Virus record (IMG/VR): IMGVR_UViG_3300027861_000011
Span: 64,001 to 128,000 of that record
Strand: one strand, 5' to 3'
Source of the DNA: a virus
DNA: 64,000 nt
Every line of letters starts with the position of its first letter. Position 1 is the first letter of the stretch. A program made the translations under genes and the position numbers. Of this stretch, positions 19,206 through 29,157 are shown piece after piece. The notes beneath the pieces are model-generated. The model had not been told where the DNA came from, made no database searches, and saw only the letters and a list, made by a program, of their open reading frames with translations.

Positions 19206-19523
19206 ATGGCACAATACTTCGATAGATATGAAAAATTTAAAATAAACGGTGTAATGACACCAATTCCTGGATTAAAGATTCCAATAGACACAAGAGATAA
19301 AACAATTGTTTACAAATTAGGTGACACAAGACTTGACATTGTGAGTCAAAAGTATTATAATAGTCCATATTATGGGTTTTTAATTATGTTAGCAAATCCA
19401 GAATATGGTGGATTAGAATTTAACATTAAAGATAGAGATATTATTAGAATACCTTTCCCATATGAATCGGCAATTGAAAGGTACTTAAACCAGATAGAAA
19501 TTTATAAAGCATTATATGGCTGA
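19206..19523 (+). CDS. Baseplate LysM-like / gpX-gp53-type small subunit
   Basis: DTRLDIVSQKYYNSPYYGFLIMLANP...IIRIP; its stop overlaps the hub start. Confidence 0.7.
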   Translation: MAQYFDRYEKFKINGVMTPIPGLKIPIDTRDKTIVYKLGDTRLDIVSQKYYNSPYYGFLIMLANPEYGGLEFNIKDRDIIRIPFPYESAIERYLNQIEIYKALYG

Positions 19524-22500
19524 AGAAAAAAAAGACCAAGTTGAAAAGTTATTATTATTTGAACCAAACCCATACGATAATGCTTTAATTCCAAATGAGA
19601 ATTTAACTATTTCAGTTGATTTAAAAACAACTAGAAAGGGAAGAAGTGTAATTTCTATTCCAGCAACAGGTGTTGGTAAAATAACAAATAATAATAACGG
19701 TAAAAGGTCTACTACTATAGGTTTTATTGACGGTACCCCAATTGGTAAAGATAAAAGAGCTTTAACAACTAATTATACTGAAGCTAATAGTAGCTTAACA
19801 GTTGAAGGTGAGAATGATTTAGAAAGTCTTGGTATTGAGAGTATTAATATTGAATTTGATACTGCTTATACACCAATGATTAAGATTAAATTTATTGATA
19901 TAAGAGGTCAATCTGTTTTTCAACAAGGGGTTAATTCAAAATATAAAATGTTTTTTGAATTACCTTACCCAATATTTGATTTAACTGTTAAAGGTTTTTT
20001 TGGTAAACCAGTTAAGTATTGCCTTCACTTAATTAAGTGGAATTCTGCTTTTAATTCAAATACTGGTAATTTCGAGATTGAAGCTGAATTTATAGGGTAT
20101 ACATATGCCTTATTAACTGATTTACTAATGGGTCTTATAAGAGCTGTAGTTTATACACCAGAAGGAAAACCAATTTTCGATGAATTTAAAGAAGAATGGG
20201 CTAAAAATGGTAGGACATTAACAACAATTGATGATATGTTAACAAGTATTGGTCAATTGGGTGATGAATTCGACAAGATAAAAGAAACTGATAAGAGTAT
20301 ACAACAAATAAATGATAGTACTGTAATATATGATTCAATAGACTTAATAGAAAGTAATTTAAATGAGTTAAATAAGAATATTGTCTCTGACCCAAGCACT
20401 TGGTTCGTACATGATAATGGCATTTTATGTACTGATAAAGCCAGAGCAGATACTAATTTCGTTGAAACAGCTTTAAAAACATTTAAAGAAAAAGTTAGAA
20501 CTGATTTAGAAAGACTAAATGAGACCATATCTACACAATATTCTAATTTAAAATTGGATGAACTTGAGATTAATGATATAAGAATTACTAGAGGTATTAC
20601 TGTAGATGATTTAAAAAATAAATCTACTGGTGTAAAAGCAATGTTTGACGCATCTAAAGCAGTAACTTCCCCATCTTTATATGATGAAACGGCTGAAACT
20701 ACAAGTGGGTCAAATAGCTTTGACTATGTTGGGGAAATGATAACTACAGTTATAGCTAATGTACCAAATATATCTACCCTTCCATCTAGCGAGGAAATTG
20801 TTATATATGACACAAGACCAGCCTTAATAGAATTAAATAGAGTTAAAAAGGAATTAAAAGATACTAATAGAACTTTAAGGAACGAAACTGGTGAAAAGTT
20901 AAGAAAAATTGCAAAAGAACAATTAAATTTCGACCCAACAATATATAATATATTCTCAATACTTACTGTTCATTGTGAAGTATTATTAAAAACAATTAGT
21001 AAAGTATCTAAAGCTGCTGAAAATAGCAGTAGTAGATATGGTGTATTAACTAAATTAACTAAGTATTTAAATAGTACAGACACTAATAATACTATATTTG
21101 CTTGGCCAGAATATAGAAAAGCAGAAAAAAATGGTTATCAAGAAACATGGTTAGGTACTGATTTAACAGATGGTGAAGCATTAAAAGTTAATGAAATAGT
21201 ATTTATTGAACATTTATTAGAAGAATTAATGAAGCTTGTAGAAAGGGATGATGAACTTGGTGATGAAATTGGTAATGAAAAAGCACAGTTCTGGCCAATA
21301 TCGACACTTGATATCCCCATGAGTGATAACTCATTTATCACTCAATCACCCTACACTGAAGCGTTAACTGGACCTACTTCGAAAACAACACCACAAGAAG
21401 CAACTAGATGTCTATTAATGAGAGCGTTTCTAGGTCTTTCGATAACCACAAACACCTTAACCAGAAATGTACGCAATGTGACTTTTTCCAAAATAGCTGG
21501 AATGACTGACAATGATGTAAAGTTCAAAGGTATATTCGAGGCTGAAAATCTTTATCGTACTATTTTAGTAGACATTGATAGAATTCGTGCTAGAGATATT
21601 ATAAATGGTATTATAGGATTAGGTTACGGAACAGAAGAAGGTAGTGAATTTGATGCTTCAATTGCTTCAAAGAAATTAATAGAAGAATGGGGTGTCGGTT
21701 ACGAAACGGAAGTTATAAATCCGCACGAAGGTCTCGTACCCCTACTTTATGACTACGGTGGGAGTGTCGGTTATAACTACATCTATAACACTAATGGTGA
21801 TGGAAGGTCGTATCTACCAATTAGCGGTAATTTTAGCGGTCAAGGATTCTATGAATCACCAGGAATCCTTAAATCTCAAAAGGAGATTAGTTACCTAGGT
21901 AATAAATATCTATTCACTGGTGGGGGATGTAATGATGCTCTGAATAGTGAAGCTAACGAAGAAGCTACTTATAAGTATCCAAATGATGGAGCTATTTATT
22001 TAAAAATATTATCAAAAGATGAATTTGAAAAAGGCTATAAAACCCAACCACAATACGGTGCTGATTCTCTAGCAATATATAGAACAGTAATTGCTGAAAA
22101 TTCTCCTATATCACAGAATACTTTATCTAACCCACTATACAATGTAGTACCTGATTTAAGTAATGATACTGGTATAGGTACTATTGATAGATACGGTGAT
22201 AGATTTTTAGCACCTACTTTCAAAAAAATACTTTATAATGGCCCTGGTGGTGACAAATTAACAGATACACTTCATTATTTACTGGATAATAGTAACGATT
22301 ATATGTTAGGTAATATATTATGTTCGTATTGGAATGGTGATATGAAAAGAGGAGAGTCAGAACCCCGACATTGGTCTGGTAATTATTTAGCTAAATCACC
22401 TGAACCAAGGACCTCCAATAATCAAGAAATTGATTGGGATGATGATGACCAATGGATTTATGGAAATAACTCAACATATAACGTCCTTAGAAGTGATATA

Positions 22501-25089
22501 CCAGATTTATATGGTAATACTAGAGATTTAATAGGTCATTTATACGGTGATATTAAGGGTGGTTCTCAGAGTAAAGTATTTTTACCATATATTGAATTTT
22601 CTGTTTCTAATGCTGAAGATTATGCCAACCATCATTTTAGTCTTTTTGGTAGTAAATGGTATTACCAACAAATAGAGCCAGAATCAAAAGCATTTTTATT
22701 TCTACATTCTTTCCCATGGCAAGGGTATATAGGTGATATAGGTGGTACACAAACAAAATATGACCAGTTAAATTGTAGTTTATTTGATATTTGGGAAAAT
22801 ATGTCCCCAGGTAGTGATGATACATATACAGTTAAAAGTTTATATAGAAATAATGGTGCATTTGTTAAAGCACCTAAGTTATGGGTTTTATTTATTGGGT
22901 CATTACTATATAGAGAACGATGGTTACATGGATATGGTGGACCTAATGCAGAAATGCCTAATTTCGGAACATATTCTCCGTCAAATACACCTAGCGGTTG
23001 GTGGAATTTTTCTTCTTCATTTGCTTGGCAAGATAGCGCATCCTACCTCCCAACAGGAAATAATATTGGTGGAAGAAATTACTTTAGAATGATGTACGAT
23101 ACTAGAGCCCAATCTCCATGTGGAATGAATTTTGTAATGGATGGTAATGATGAGAGCTCTGGTGGTATTAGAGATGATGAAGTGGAGAATCAGCGTTATG
23201 CTATGGTAGAGTATACAATTTCTGGATTGCCGCAACAAGTAAAGGAGGAATTTATAAACCAATTTGAAGACTTTGTTTACGATGAAAATGGATTCATTGC
23301 AATTCAAAAAAACTTTGAATTAGTTGACAATCCCCAAGAACTTGAAGAAAAATGGAATGAATTACACGCTTTACAAGAACCCGTATCGGAGAATGTAAAC
23401 AACTATGGGTTTGATGGATATATTTTAGACAATATTCGAACTTTATTTTACCCACCAACTCAAAAAACTTTAAGCCATGGATTTATGGATACATTAGAAT
23501 ATGAAAAAAATTGGGTAACCGTCAAGTCTTTAAAACAAGTGTTTCCAGATAAACTAGATGTATTAAAAAATTACGAGTTTGTGATGGCTGCTAGTGACTT
23601 TCCTTGGAATTCAGATTCGGAAGGAGTTAAAACAGGTAAAATATCGCAATTTAACTTAAAAAATAAATCTAGTGGCCCTGGTCAAAATTTACTTAGAAAA
23701 TTAATGAGTGAATATGTATATATTAATAATGCTAAACCTGAAGTATTTGATAGTTTCCTGAGATACGGTACTTTCGGACATAAAACAGACCCTGGTGGTG
23801 TTGGCGCTACTGGTAATGCCCCTAATACATTTAACGCTAATATTCTAGATGGCGAACCATTTAGGGAAATTAACGTTAAAAAAAGCGTGATGATTTCGTT
23901 CTTAGATGAATTTTTTAAAAGATTTAAAAAATTAACAGATGATTGGAGTGCGAATAATGACACCAAGGATGATGAAATACAAAACCGTCTTTTTAATACT
24001 ATTGATGATGATACTATAAAATTAAATCTTTACAGAACGATTGGTTCAATTCATAATAAATGGGTAGCTGGTACTGATAACCCATTTTATAATTGTGGTT
24101 TTAGTAATGATTATGATAAAAAAGTAGCTAAAAATAAAAGAAGTTCGTCTAATACTCACTTAATCGATTCATTTAGATTCTTAGATAGAGCGTTCAATGA
24201 TATAGGTGATGAATTCATAATAAACCCATTAGCTATATCAAATATGCTTGTTGGTAATTATAATCAAAGTTTTTTTGATATAGCTAATAAAATACTTATT
24301 GATAATAACTTTAATTTCATCGCATTACCAACATATGTTAATTTTAAAGACGAAAATGAATTGGCTGACATGTTTAAACCATATGCATATAAAGACGTTA
24401 ATTCAGCTTCTGGACCATCATTCGTATGTGTATATGTTGGTCAAACATCAAAACATTTAGATTTAGGTGTTGACTCAGACTATGATAATGATGGTATTAT
24501 AATTAATGTTGACAGTGAAGGTAAATATATTAATGGAGCGCCACCAGATTTTACTTTTAAAAAAAAGGATGACGGAAGCCTTAATATACCCTACTTTTTG
24601 GTTAGTTACGGACATTCTAATCAAAGTTTTTTTAAAGATATTAAATTAGACCAAAAAGAATTCGTTGAAACGGCTGAATCACTTCAAATAATTGAAGATA
24701 TATCTCAGCAAGCAGATAATAGAAAACCTAATTCTAATGGTCAAAACCTTTTTAATGTTTATCAAACAAGGTCATATTCAGCTGAAGTTGAGATGATGGG
24801 TAACGCCATGATTCAACCAATGATGTATTTCCAATTAAATAATATACCAATGTTTAGAGGTGCTTACATGATTATTAAAACATCACATAATATTACGGCA
24901 CATAATATGGTTACTAAATTTACTGGTGTAAGAGTTAAAAGAACCAAAACACCACTAGTTGAGGCATCAACAATATTTATGAACATTCTAGGTTCTTTAA
25001 CTAGCAGTGAAAGTGAAGAACAGGCTCGTGGCGGGAGAGATGTTCCGTTTGCATCACAACCAAACCCAGGTGGTATAGTAATAAGTTAA
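19516..25089 (+). CDS. Baseplate hub protein (gp27/gpD-like termini, large central insertion)
   Basis: N-terminal GIESINIEFDTAYTPMIKIKFIDIRG and C-terminal SYSAEVEMMGNAMIQPMMYFQLNNIPMFRGAYMIIKTSHNIT. Confidence 0.7.
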   Translation: MAEEKKDQVEKLLLFEPNPYDNALIPNENLTISVDLKTTRKGRSVISIPATGVGKITNNNNGKRSTTIGFIDGTPIGKDKRALTTNYTEANSSLTVEGENDLESLGIESINIEFDTAYTPMIKIKFIDIRGQSVFQQGVNSKYKMFFELPYPIFDLTVKGFFGKPVKYCLHLIKWNSAFNSNTGNFEIEAEFIGYTYALLTDLLMGLIRAVVYTPEGKPIFDEFKEEWAKNGRTLTTIDDMLTSIGQLGDEFDKIKETDKSIQQINDSTVIYDSIDLIESNLNELNKNIVSDPSTWFVHDNGILCTDKARADTNFVETALKTFKEKVRTDLERLNETISTQYSNLKLDELEINDIRITRGITVDDLKNKSTGVKAMFDASKAVTSPSLYDETAETTSGSNSFDYVGEMITTVIANVPNISTLPSSEEIVIYDTRPALIELNRVKKELKDTNRTLRNETGEKLRKIAKEQLNFDPTIYNIFSILTVHCEVLLKTISKVSKAAENSSSRYGVLTKLTKYLNSTDTNNTIFAWPEYRKAEKNGYQETWLGTDLTDGEALKVNEIVFIEHLLEELMKLVERDDELGDEIGNEKAQFWPISTLDIPMSDNSFITQSPYTEALTGPTSKTTPQEATRCLLMRAFLGLSITTNTLTRNVRNVTFSKIAGMTDNDVKFKGIFEAENLYRTILVDIDRIRARDIINGIIGLGYGTEEGSEFDASIASKKLIEEWGVGYETEVINPHEGLVPLLYDYGGSVGYNYIYNTNGDGRSYLPISGNFSGQGFYESPGILKSQKEISYLGNKYLFTGGGCNDALNSEANEEATYKYPNDGAIYLKILSKDEFEKGYKTQPQYGADSLAIYRTVIAENSPISQNTLSNPLYNVVPDLSNDTGIGTIDRYGDRFLAPTFKKILYNGPGGDKLTDTLHYLLDNSNDYMLGNILCSYWNGDMKRGESEPRHWSGNYLAKSPEPRTSNNQEIDWDDDDQWIYGNNSTYNVLRSDIPDLYGNTRDLIGHLYGDIKGGSQSKVFLPYIEFSVSNAEDYANHHFSLFGSKWYYQQIEPESKAFLFLHSFPWQGYIGDIGGTQTKYDQLNCSLFDIWENMSPGSDDTYTVKSLYRNNGAFVKAPKLWVLFIGSLLYRERWLHGYGGPNAEMPNFGTYSPSNTPSGWWNFSSSFAWQDSASYLPTGNNIGGRNYFRMMYDTRAQSPCGMNFVMDGNDESSGGIRDDEVENQRYAMVEYTISGLPQQVKEEFINQFEDFVYDENGFIAIQKNFELVDNPQELEEKWNELHALQEPVSENVNNYGFDGYILDNIRTLFYPPTQKTLSHGFMDTLEYEKNWVTVKSLKQVFPDKLDVLKNYEFVMAASDFPWNSDSEGVKTGKISQFNLKNKSSGPGQNLLRKLMSEYVYINNAKPEVFDSFLRYGTFGHKTDPGGVGATGNAPNTFNANILDGEPFREINVKKSVMISFLDEFFKRFKKLTDDWSANNDTKDDEIQNRLFNTIDDDTIKLNLYRTIGSIHNKWVAGTDNPFYNCGFSNDYDKKVAKNKRSSSNTHLIDSFRFLDRAFNDIGDEFIINPLAISNMLVGNYNQSFFDIANKILIDNNFNFIALPTYVNFKDENELADMFKPYAYKDVNSASGPSFVCVYVGQTSKHLDLGVDSDYDNDGIIINVDSEGKYINGAPPDFTFKKKDDGSLNIPYFLVSYGHSNQSFFKDIKLDQKEFVETAESLQIIEDISQQADNRKPNSNGQNLFNVYQTRSYSAEVEMMGNAMIQPMMYFQLNNIPMFRGAYMIIKTSHNITAHNMVTKFTGVRVKRTKTPLVEASTIFMNILGSLTSSESEEQARGGRDVPFASQPNPGGIVIS

Positions 25090-25110
25090 TAAGTTAATAA
25101 AATAATAATT

Positions 25111-25857
25111 ATGGCAGAACAAAGTTTTATAAATGTTAAAGAGAAAAAATATCAAATATTAGTACCATGGTTCCAATACAAAAGAACACTGAGTCTTGAT
25201 AAAATAACTACAGTAGTTTTACATTGGACTGCTGGAAGTAGTGTAGGAAGTGATTACAAAACACTTCAAAAAAAGGGTTATGGGTATCATTTTATAGTAG
25301 ATAAAGAAGGTAATATATTCCAAGGAGCTCCACTAGACGCTAGGCTTAGTCATGCTGGTAATTCATATGGACCTAAAGGTACAGGTACTAATAACTATAG
25401 TCTTGGTATTTCATTTTCAACACGAGGTGATGAAGATAAAGAAGTCGGTAGTACTAAATTTAATACGCAACAAATAGAATCAGTAGTAAGGATTCTATCA
25501 GATTGTAAAGTTGCTTTACCTAATTTAAAATATATAAGTGGACATCACTGGGTTTCACCTGGAAGAAAGATTGACCCATGGACATTTCCATTTGACAGAT
25601 TAATGAAGTACCCAATTAGTACGGTAGACTCAGTAGAGCAAAATCTAACAAGTTTAGGTTTTGAATTATGGAAAACTGGTTACCTACCATTTCCAGAAGG
25701 CTTAAGTGATTGTAAATGTATTGAAAAATATTCTGATGGTAATTGTAAAAAATCAACGGGTGACTGTATAGGTCAAGGTAAATATAGCTATTCTGAAAGA
25801 AAGTTATCAACTGTTGTTACTGATGCATCATTCCAATCAGATTTAGATTCAGCATAA
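25111..25857 (+). CDS. N-acetylmuramoyl-L-alanine amidase (Amidase_2), probably tail-associated
   Basis: VVLHWTAG, GYHFIVDKEG, LSHAG and GHHWVSPGRKIDP Zn-amidase motifs. Confidence 0.9.
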   Translation: MAEQSFINVKEKKYQILVPWFQYKRTLSLDKITTVVLHWTAGSSVGSDYKTLQKKGYGYHFIVDKEGNIFQGAPLDARLSHAGNSYGPKGTGTNNYSLGISFSTRGDEDKEVGSTKFNTQQIESVVRILSDCKVALPNLKYISGHHWVSPGRKIDPWTFPFDRLMKYPISTVDSVEQNLTSLGFELWKTGYLPFPEGLSDCKCIEKYSDGNCKKSTGDCIGQGKYSYSERKLSTVVTDASFQSDLDSA

Positions 25858-25882
25858 ATTAGAATAATTAATTTAATTACCG

Positions 25883-25890
25883 TATATTTG
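25883..25890 (+). promoter_or_regulatory. Bacteroidota-type -7 element TATATTTG
   Basis: TTAG-N20-TATATTTG; the -33 match is imperfect. Confidence 0.45.
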
Positions 25891-25896
25891 TATTAT

Positions 25897-26496
25897 ATGC
25901 AAATAGGTAACATAATAATAGATGATTATATTAAACTTGATGATAAGTTTAATATAACCAATTCATTAGATGATATAGTATCTGATATTCCTACATTAGT
26001 AATTGGTTTAGATAACGCTAAAAAACTAGGTGTAAATCTTAATTACTTAGATAGAAAGATTGATGATAATACATTCTGGACATTTAATAAAAAAGAAAAG
26101 AGAGTATTATTTGAGGAAGATTTATTTTATTTTATAGAACATTCTTATACTTTATTTAGAAAAAAAATATGTTTTAAATTTATAGACCTAATACTATCTA
26201 CTTCACAAGAAGTTAATAATATTTTTAATGATATTAAAGAATCTGATAATGTTATATCGTTTATTCATATCGATATGGTTTATATTTTTATAGATAAAAC
26301 CATATATGGTTTCGATTTAAGACAGATTAAATTCATAGGAAAGAATAAAATTACATTTATAGAGTTAATAAAGAATTTATCTGATGTCTTTTTGGATAAT
26401 GATAAGATACTTATAGAATATAAGAATGAGTTAAGTATGTTTAATGATGAGATTAAATATACCCCTTTAATCTATTCTATAAGAAACAATGACTAA
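25897..26496 (+). CDS. Hypothetical protein
   Basis: Open frame; ATG at 25897 preferred over the TTG at 25888, which lies in the promoter element. Confidence 0.7.
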   Translation: MQIGNIIIDDYIKLDDKFNITNSLDDIVSDIPTLVIGLDNAKKLGVNLNYLDRKIDDNTFWTFNKKEKRVLFEEDLFYFIEHSYTLFRKKICFKFIDLILSTSQEVNNIFNDIKESDNVISFIHIDMVYIFIDKTIYGFDLRQIKFIGKNKITFIELIKNLSDVFLDNDKILIEYKNELSMFNDEIKYTPLIYSIRNND

Positions 26497-26890
26497 AAAC
26501 ATATTATTAGCTTCATTTATCTTCCCAGAAAGACTAGACTGGTTTCTAGGACACCTAGAAGATAAATTTAATATACCTAAAGAAAAGGTATTTATATTCC
26601 AAAACTTAGATGACGAATCTAAAGTAATAGTAACATTCAAGTTTGTAATCTCAAAAGATAAGAGAGTAAACTTTAATAGTTTGTTTCCAAATACTATTCT
26701 TATTCACAAAAAAGGTAATGCAATATACACTATAAACGCATTAAATAAATTGATTGAAGAAATTTCAGATGGTTCAATAGGTAATATTGATTATAAATCA
26801 GTAAAAATCAATTGGAAAGATTACCAAGATAAAATACTACTAATAAACAATAATAAGTTAAAGATATCTAATATAAAGCGTATTTTTTAA
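26489..26890 (+). CDS. Hypothetical protein
   Basis: 133-aa ORF overlapping the previous stop; phage-like codon usage. Confidence 0.75.
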   Translation: MTKNILLASFIFPERLDWFLGHLEDKFNIPKEKVFIFQNLDDESKVIVTFKFVISKDKRVNFNSLFPNTILIHKKGNAIYTINALNKLIEEISDGSIGNIDYKSVKINWKDYQDKILLINNNKLKISNIKRIF

Positions 26891-26937
26891 CAATTTCCGT
26901 ATATTTATTAATATAATAAAGATAAAAAATAATCATT

Positions 26938-27123
26938 ATGAATAATAAAGATAATAAGTTACAAGATGGAATAAACAACTTTCTTAGTGATGACGAAAAA
27001 CAATCTGACCAAGCCAATATGGACTGTAGTTCTGGTGTTTGTGTTATAAAGGGTGATAAAAGCTTAGTTGAAAGAATCAACAAAAAAATAATAACAGAAG
27101 ATGGTAGAGAATTACTTACCTAA
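26938..27123 (+). CDS. Small hypothetical protein
   Basis: 61-aa ORF with late-type TATTTATT at 26902. Confidence 0.7.
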   Translation: MNNKDNKLQDGINNFLSDDEKQSDQANMDCSSGVCVIKGDKSLVERINKKIITEDGRELLT

Positions 27124-27138
27124 TAAAATCATACAAAG

Positions 27139-27876
27139 ATGAATAAAAATAACAATAAAGATTTACTTAATGAAGAGATTAAGAAATTTAATTTATTATC
27201 AGAATATGCTTTTTATACAGAAGATAGAGCTGGAGATAAATTAGATAATTCAGATTTAATACTTGGTGTTGCTGAAGCTGAAGAAGAAGAACCAGCGTTT
27301 GGTGATGAAGAACCTTTAGATGAACCAGAAGGAGAATCTTCTCCAGAAGGTGGAGAGGAAGAACCAGCAGAAGGTGGTTTTGGTGATGAGGAAGTTGGAG
27401 ATGAATTTGACTTCGGTAATGGGGAAGATTCAATGGAAGAACCAGACCCGATGGATGATGCGGTAGAATTAGATGTAACTGAATTAGTTAAAGGTTCTGA
27501 AGAAGCAAAAGCATCAGCTGATTCAGCTAATATGAAAATAGACCAATTATTAGGAATGGTTAATAAATTAGAAGGTCAATTAGATGGTATGTCAAAAATA
27601 TCACAAAAGATTGATAGTCTTGAAACTGAAATTGAAAAGAGAAACCCAACTGAAGATGAAAAAATTGAGATGCGTTCTTTAGATTCTTATCCTTATAATC
27701 TTAAGTTAACTGATTTCTGGTCAACCCAAGAAGGACAATACGATATAATGGGTACAGGAAATGAAGAAGAAGAAGAGGAATATGAATTAAATAAAGACTC
27801 AATTAATAGTGATTATGTTGAATCAGATATTAAACATTCATTTGATGAAGATGATTTTACTGAAGAAGAGATATAA
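27139..27876 (+). CDS. Highly acidic protein, scaffold/head-internal candidate
   Basis: LLNEEIKKF leader, Glu/Asp/Pro-rich disordered region and a coiled-coil. Confidence 0.7.
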   Translation: MNKNNNKDLLNEEIKKFNLLSEYAFYTEDRAGDKLDNSDLILGVAEAEEEEPAFGDEEPLDEPEGESSPEGGEEEPAEGGFGDEEVGDEFDFGNGEDSMEEPDPMDDAVELDVTELVKGSEEAKASADSANMKIDQLLGMVNKLEGQLDGMSKISQKIDSLETEIEKRNPTEDEKIEMRSLDSYPYNLKLTDFWSTQEGQYDIMGTGNEEEEEEYELNKDSINSDYVESDIKHSFDEDDFTEEEI

Positions 27877-27896
27877 GATATTATATAATTTTAATT

Positions 27897-27933
27897 AAAA
27901 ATGAGACGGTTGAAAAATCTTCTCATTTTTTTT
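27897..27933 (+). terminator. Intrinsic terminator ending the late block
   Basis: AAAAATGAGA...TCTCATTTTT plus T run. Confidence 0.65.
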
Positions 27934-27942
27934 GTTTAAAGG

Positions 27943-27974
27943 GTTGTGTAATTAAAAAAAATATAGTATATTTG
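27943..27974 (+). promoter_or_regulatory. Bacteroidota-type promoter for the replication operon
   Basis: GTTG-N20-TATATTTG. Confidence 0.65.
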
Positions 27975-28136
27975 TAGAAATAATAGTTATAAAAAATAAC
28001 TCAAAATAGTTTACTTTTTAATATTTTTCTTTATATATATTATAAACGAAATTACCTTTAAAAGTATTTTCTATACTATAGCAAATAACAAATAATAATA
28101 ACAAATAATAATAACAATAGCAAATTAAAAACAATT

Positions 28137-29078
28137 ATGAGCGAACAAAAGAAGAATGACGAGTACGAAAAAATGATGAAAGCGTATGAAGAGTCACACC
28201 AGCCTAAGATGGCAACAGTAAAAAAGTACGAATTAAAGAATTATTTCAGTACTCACCTAGATAAAAATACCACCAAAGCTTCAAAAACAATTAGAATATT
28301 ACCACCACTAGAAGGTAGTAGTACTTTCTACGAAGTATTATGGGGTCATAAGATTGAATTAGATGGTTCTTGGAAAACATTTCCATGTCTTCAACATGAA
28401 GAAGATAAACCATGTCCATTTTGTGAAGCTAAACAAGCCCTTTACGCAAGTGGTACTGATAGCGATAAAGAATTAGCGAAAAAATACAACGCTAAGAAAA
28501 TGTATGTAGTTAGAGTTATTGAAAGAGGTAACGAAGAAGAAGGGGTTAAGTTTTGGAGATTTAACTACTCTTGGACTAAAGATGGTACTCTTGATAAGAT
28601 AATGACAGCAATGAAAGCAGTTGCTCACGACATCACTAACCCGAATACTGGTAGAGATTTAACACTTGAAATTAACAGGAACCAATTTGGTATTCCAGTT
28701 GTTAATTCTATAACATATCCATTAGAATCTACTACATTAACTAGTAATGTGGAACAAGGTAAAGAATGGTTAGGTGACACTAGAACTTGGAGAGATGTTT
28801 ACAGTACCAGAGATTATGATTACTTGAAAATTGTTGTTAGAGGTGATGTTCCAGTATACGATAAAACACAAGAAAAATTCGTAGGTAGAAAAGAACAGGA
28901 AGCTGCTAAGGCAGCTGATACTGTTGAGGATAAATTTGATTCTGAATTAACTATGGAAAATCCAGTAGCTACAGAAACTACTACCCCAGTAGCAGAAAGT
29001 ACTCAATTAGCTACAGAAACTGCTACCCCAGTATCAGAAACTGCAACAGCTGAAGAGGACGATGATTTACCATTTTAA
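28137..29078 (+). CDS. Single-stranded DNA-binding protein (T4 gp32-like)
   Basis: IRILPP, WGHKI, FPCL...PCPFCEA Zn ligands, KFWRF and acidic C-terminal EEDDDLPF. Confidence 0.9.
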   Translation: MSEQKKNDEYEKMMKAYEESHQPKMATVKKYELKNYFSTHLDKNTTKASKTIRILPPLEGSSTFYEVLWGHKIELDGSWKTFPCLQHEEDKPCPFCEAKQALYASGTDSDKELAKKYNAKKMYVVRVIERGNEEEGVKFWRFNYSWTKDGTLDKIMTAMKAVAHDITNPNTGRDLTLEINRNQFGIPVVNSITYPLESTTLTSNVEQGKEWLGDTRTWRDVYSTRDYDYLKIVVRGDVPVYDKTQEKFVGRKEQEAAKAADTVEDKFDSELTMENPVATETTTPVAESTQLATETATPVSETATAEEDDDLPF

Positions 29079-29096
29079 AATAATTACAATATAATA

Positions 29097-29129
29097 AAAC
29101 AATGGGCGGTGGAAACTGCCCATTTGTTT
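29097..29129 (+). terminator. GNRA-capped hairpin between ssb and recA (terminator or processing/stability element)
   Basis: AAACAATGGGCGGT-GGAA-ACTGCCCATTTGTTT. Confidence 0.6.
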
Positions 29130-29157
29130 CTAACAGTTTTAATAAATAAAAAGTAAT

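Noticed and set aside
28965-29045. 42-bp-period imperfect repeat in the SSB C-terminal linker (ATETTTPVAE / ATETATPVSE)
   Set aside because: This is ordinary expansion of a disordered linker before the acidic tail.
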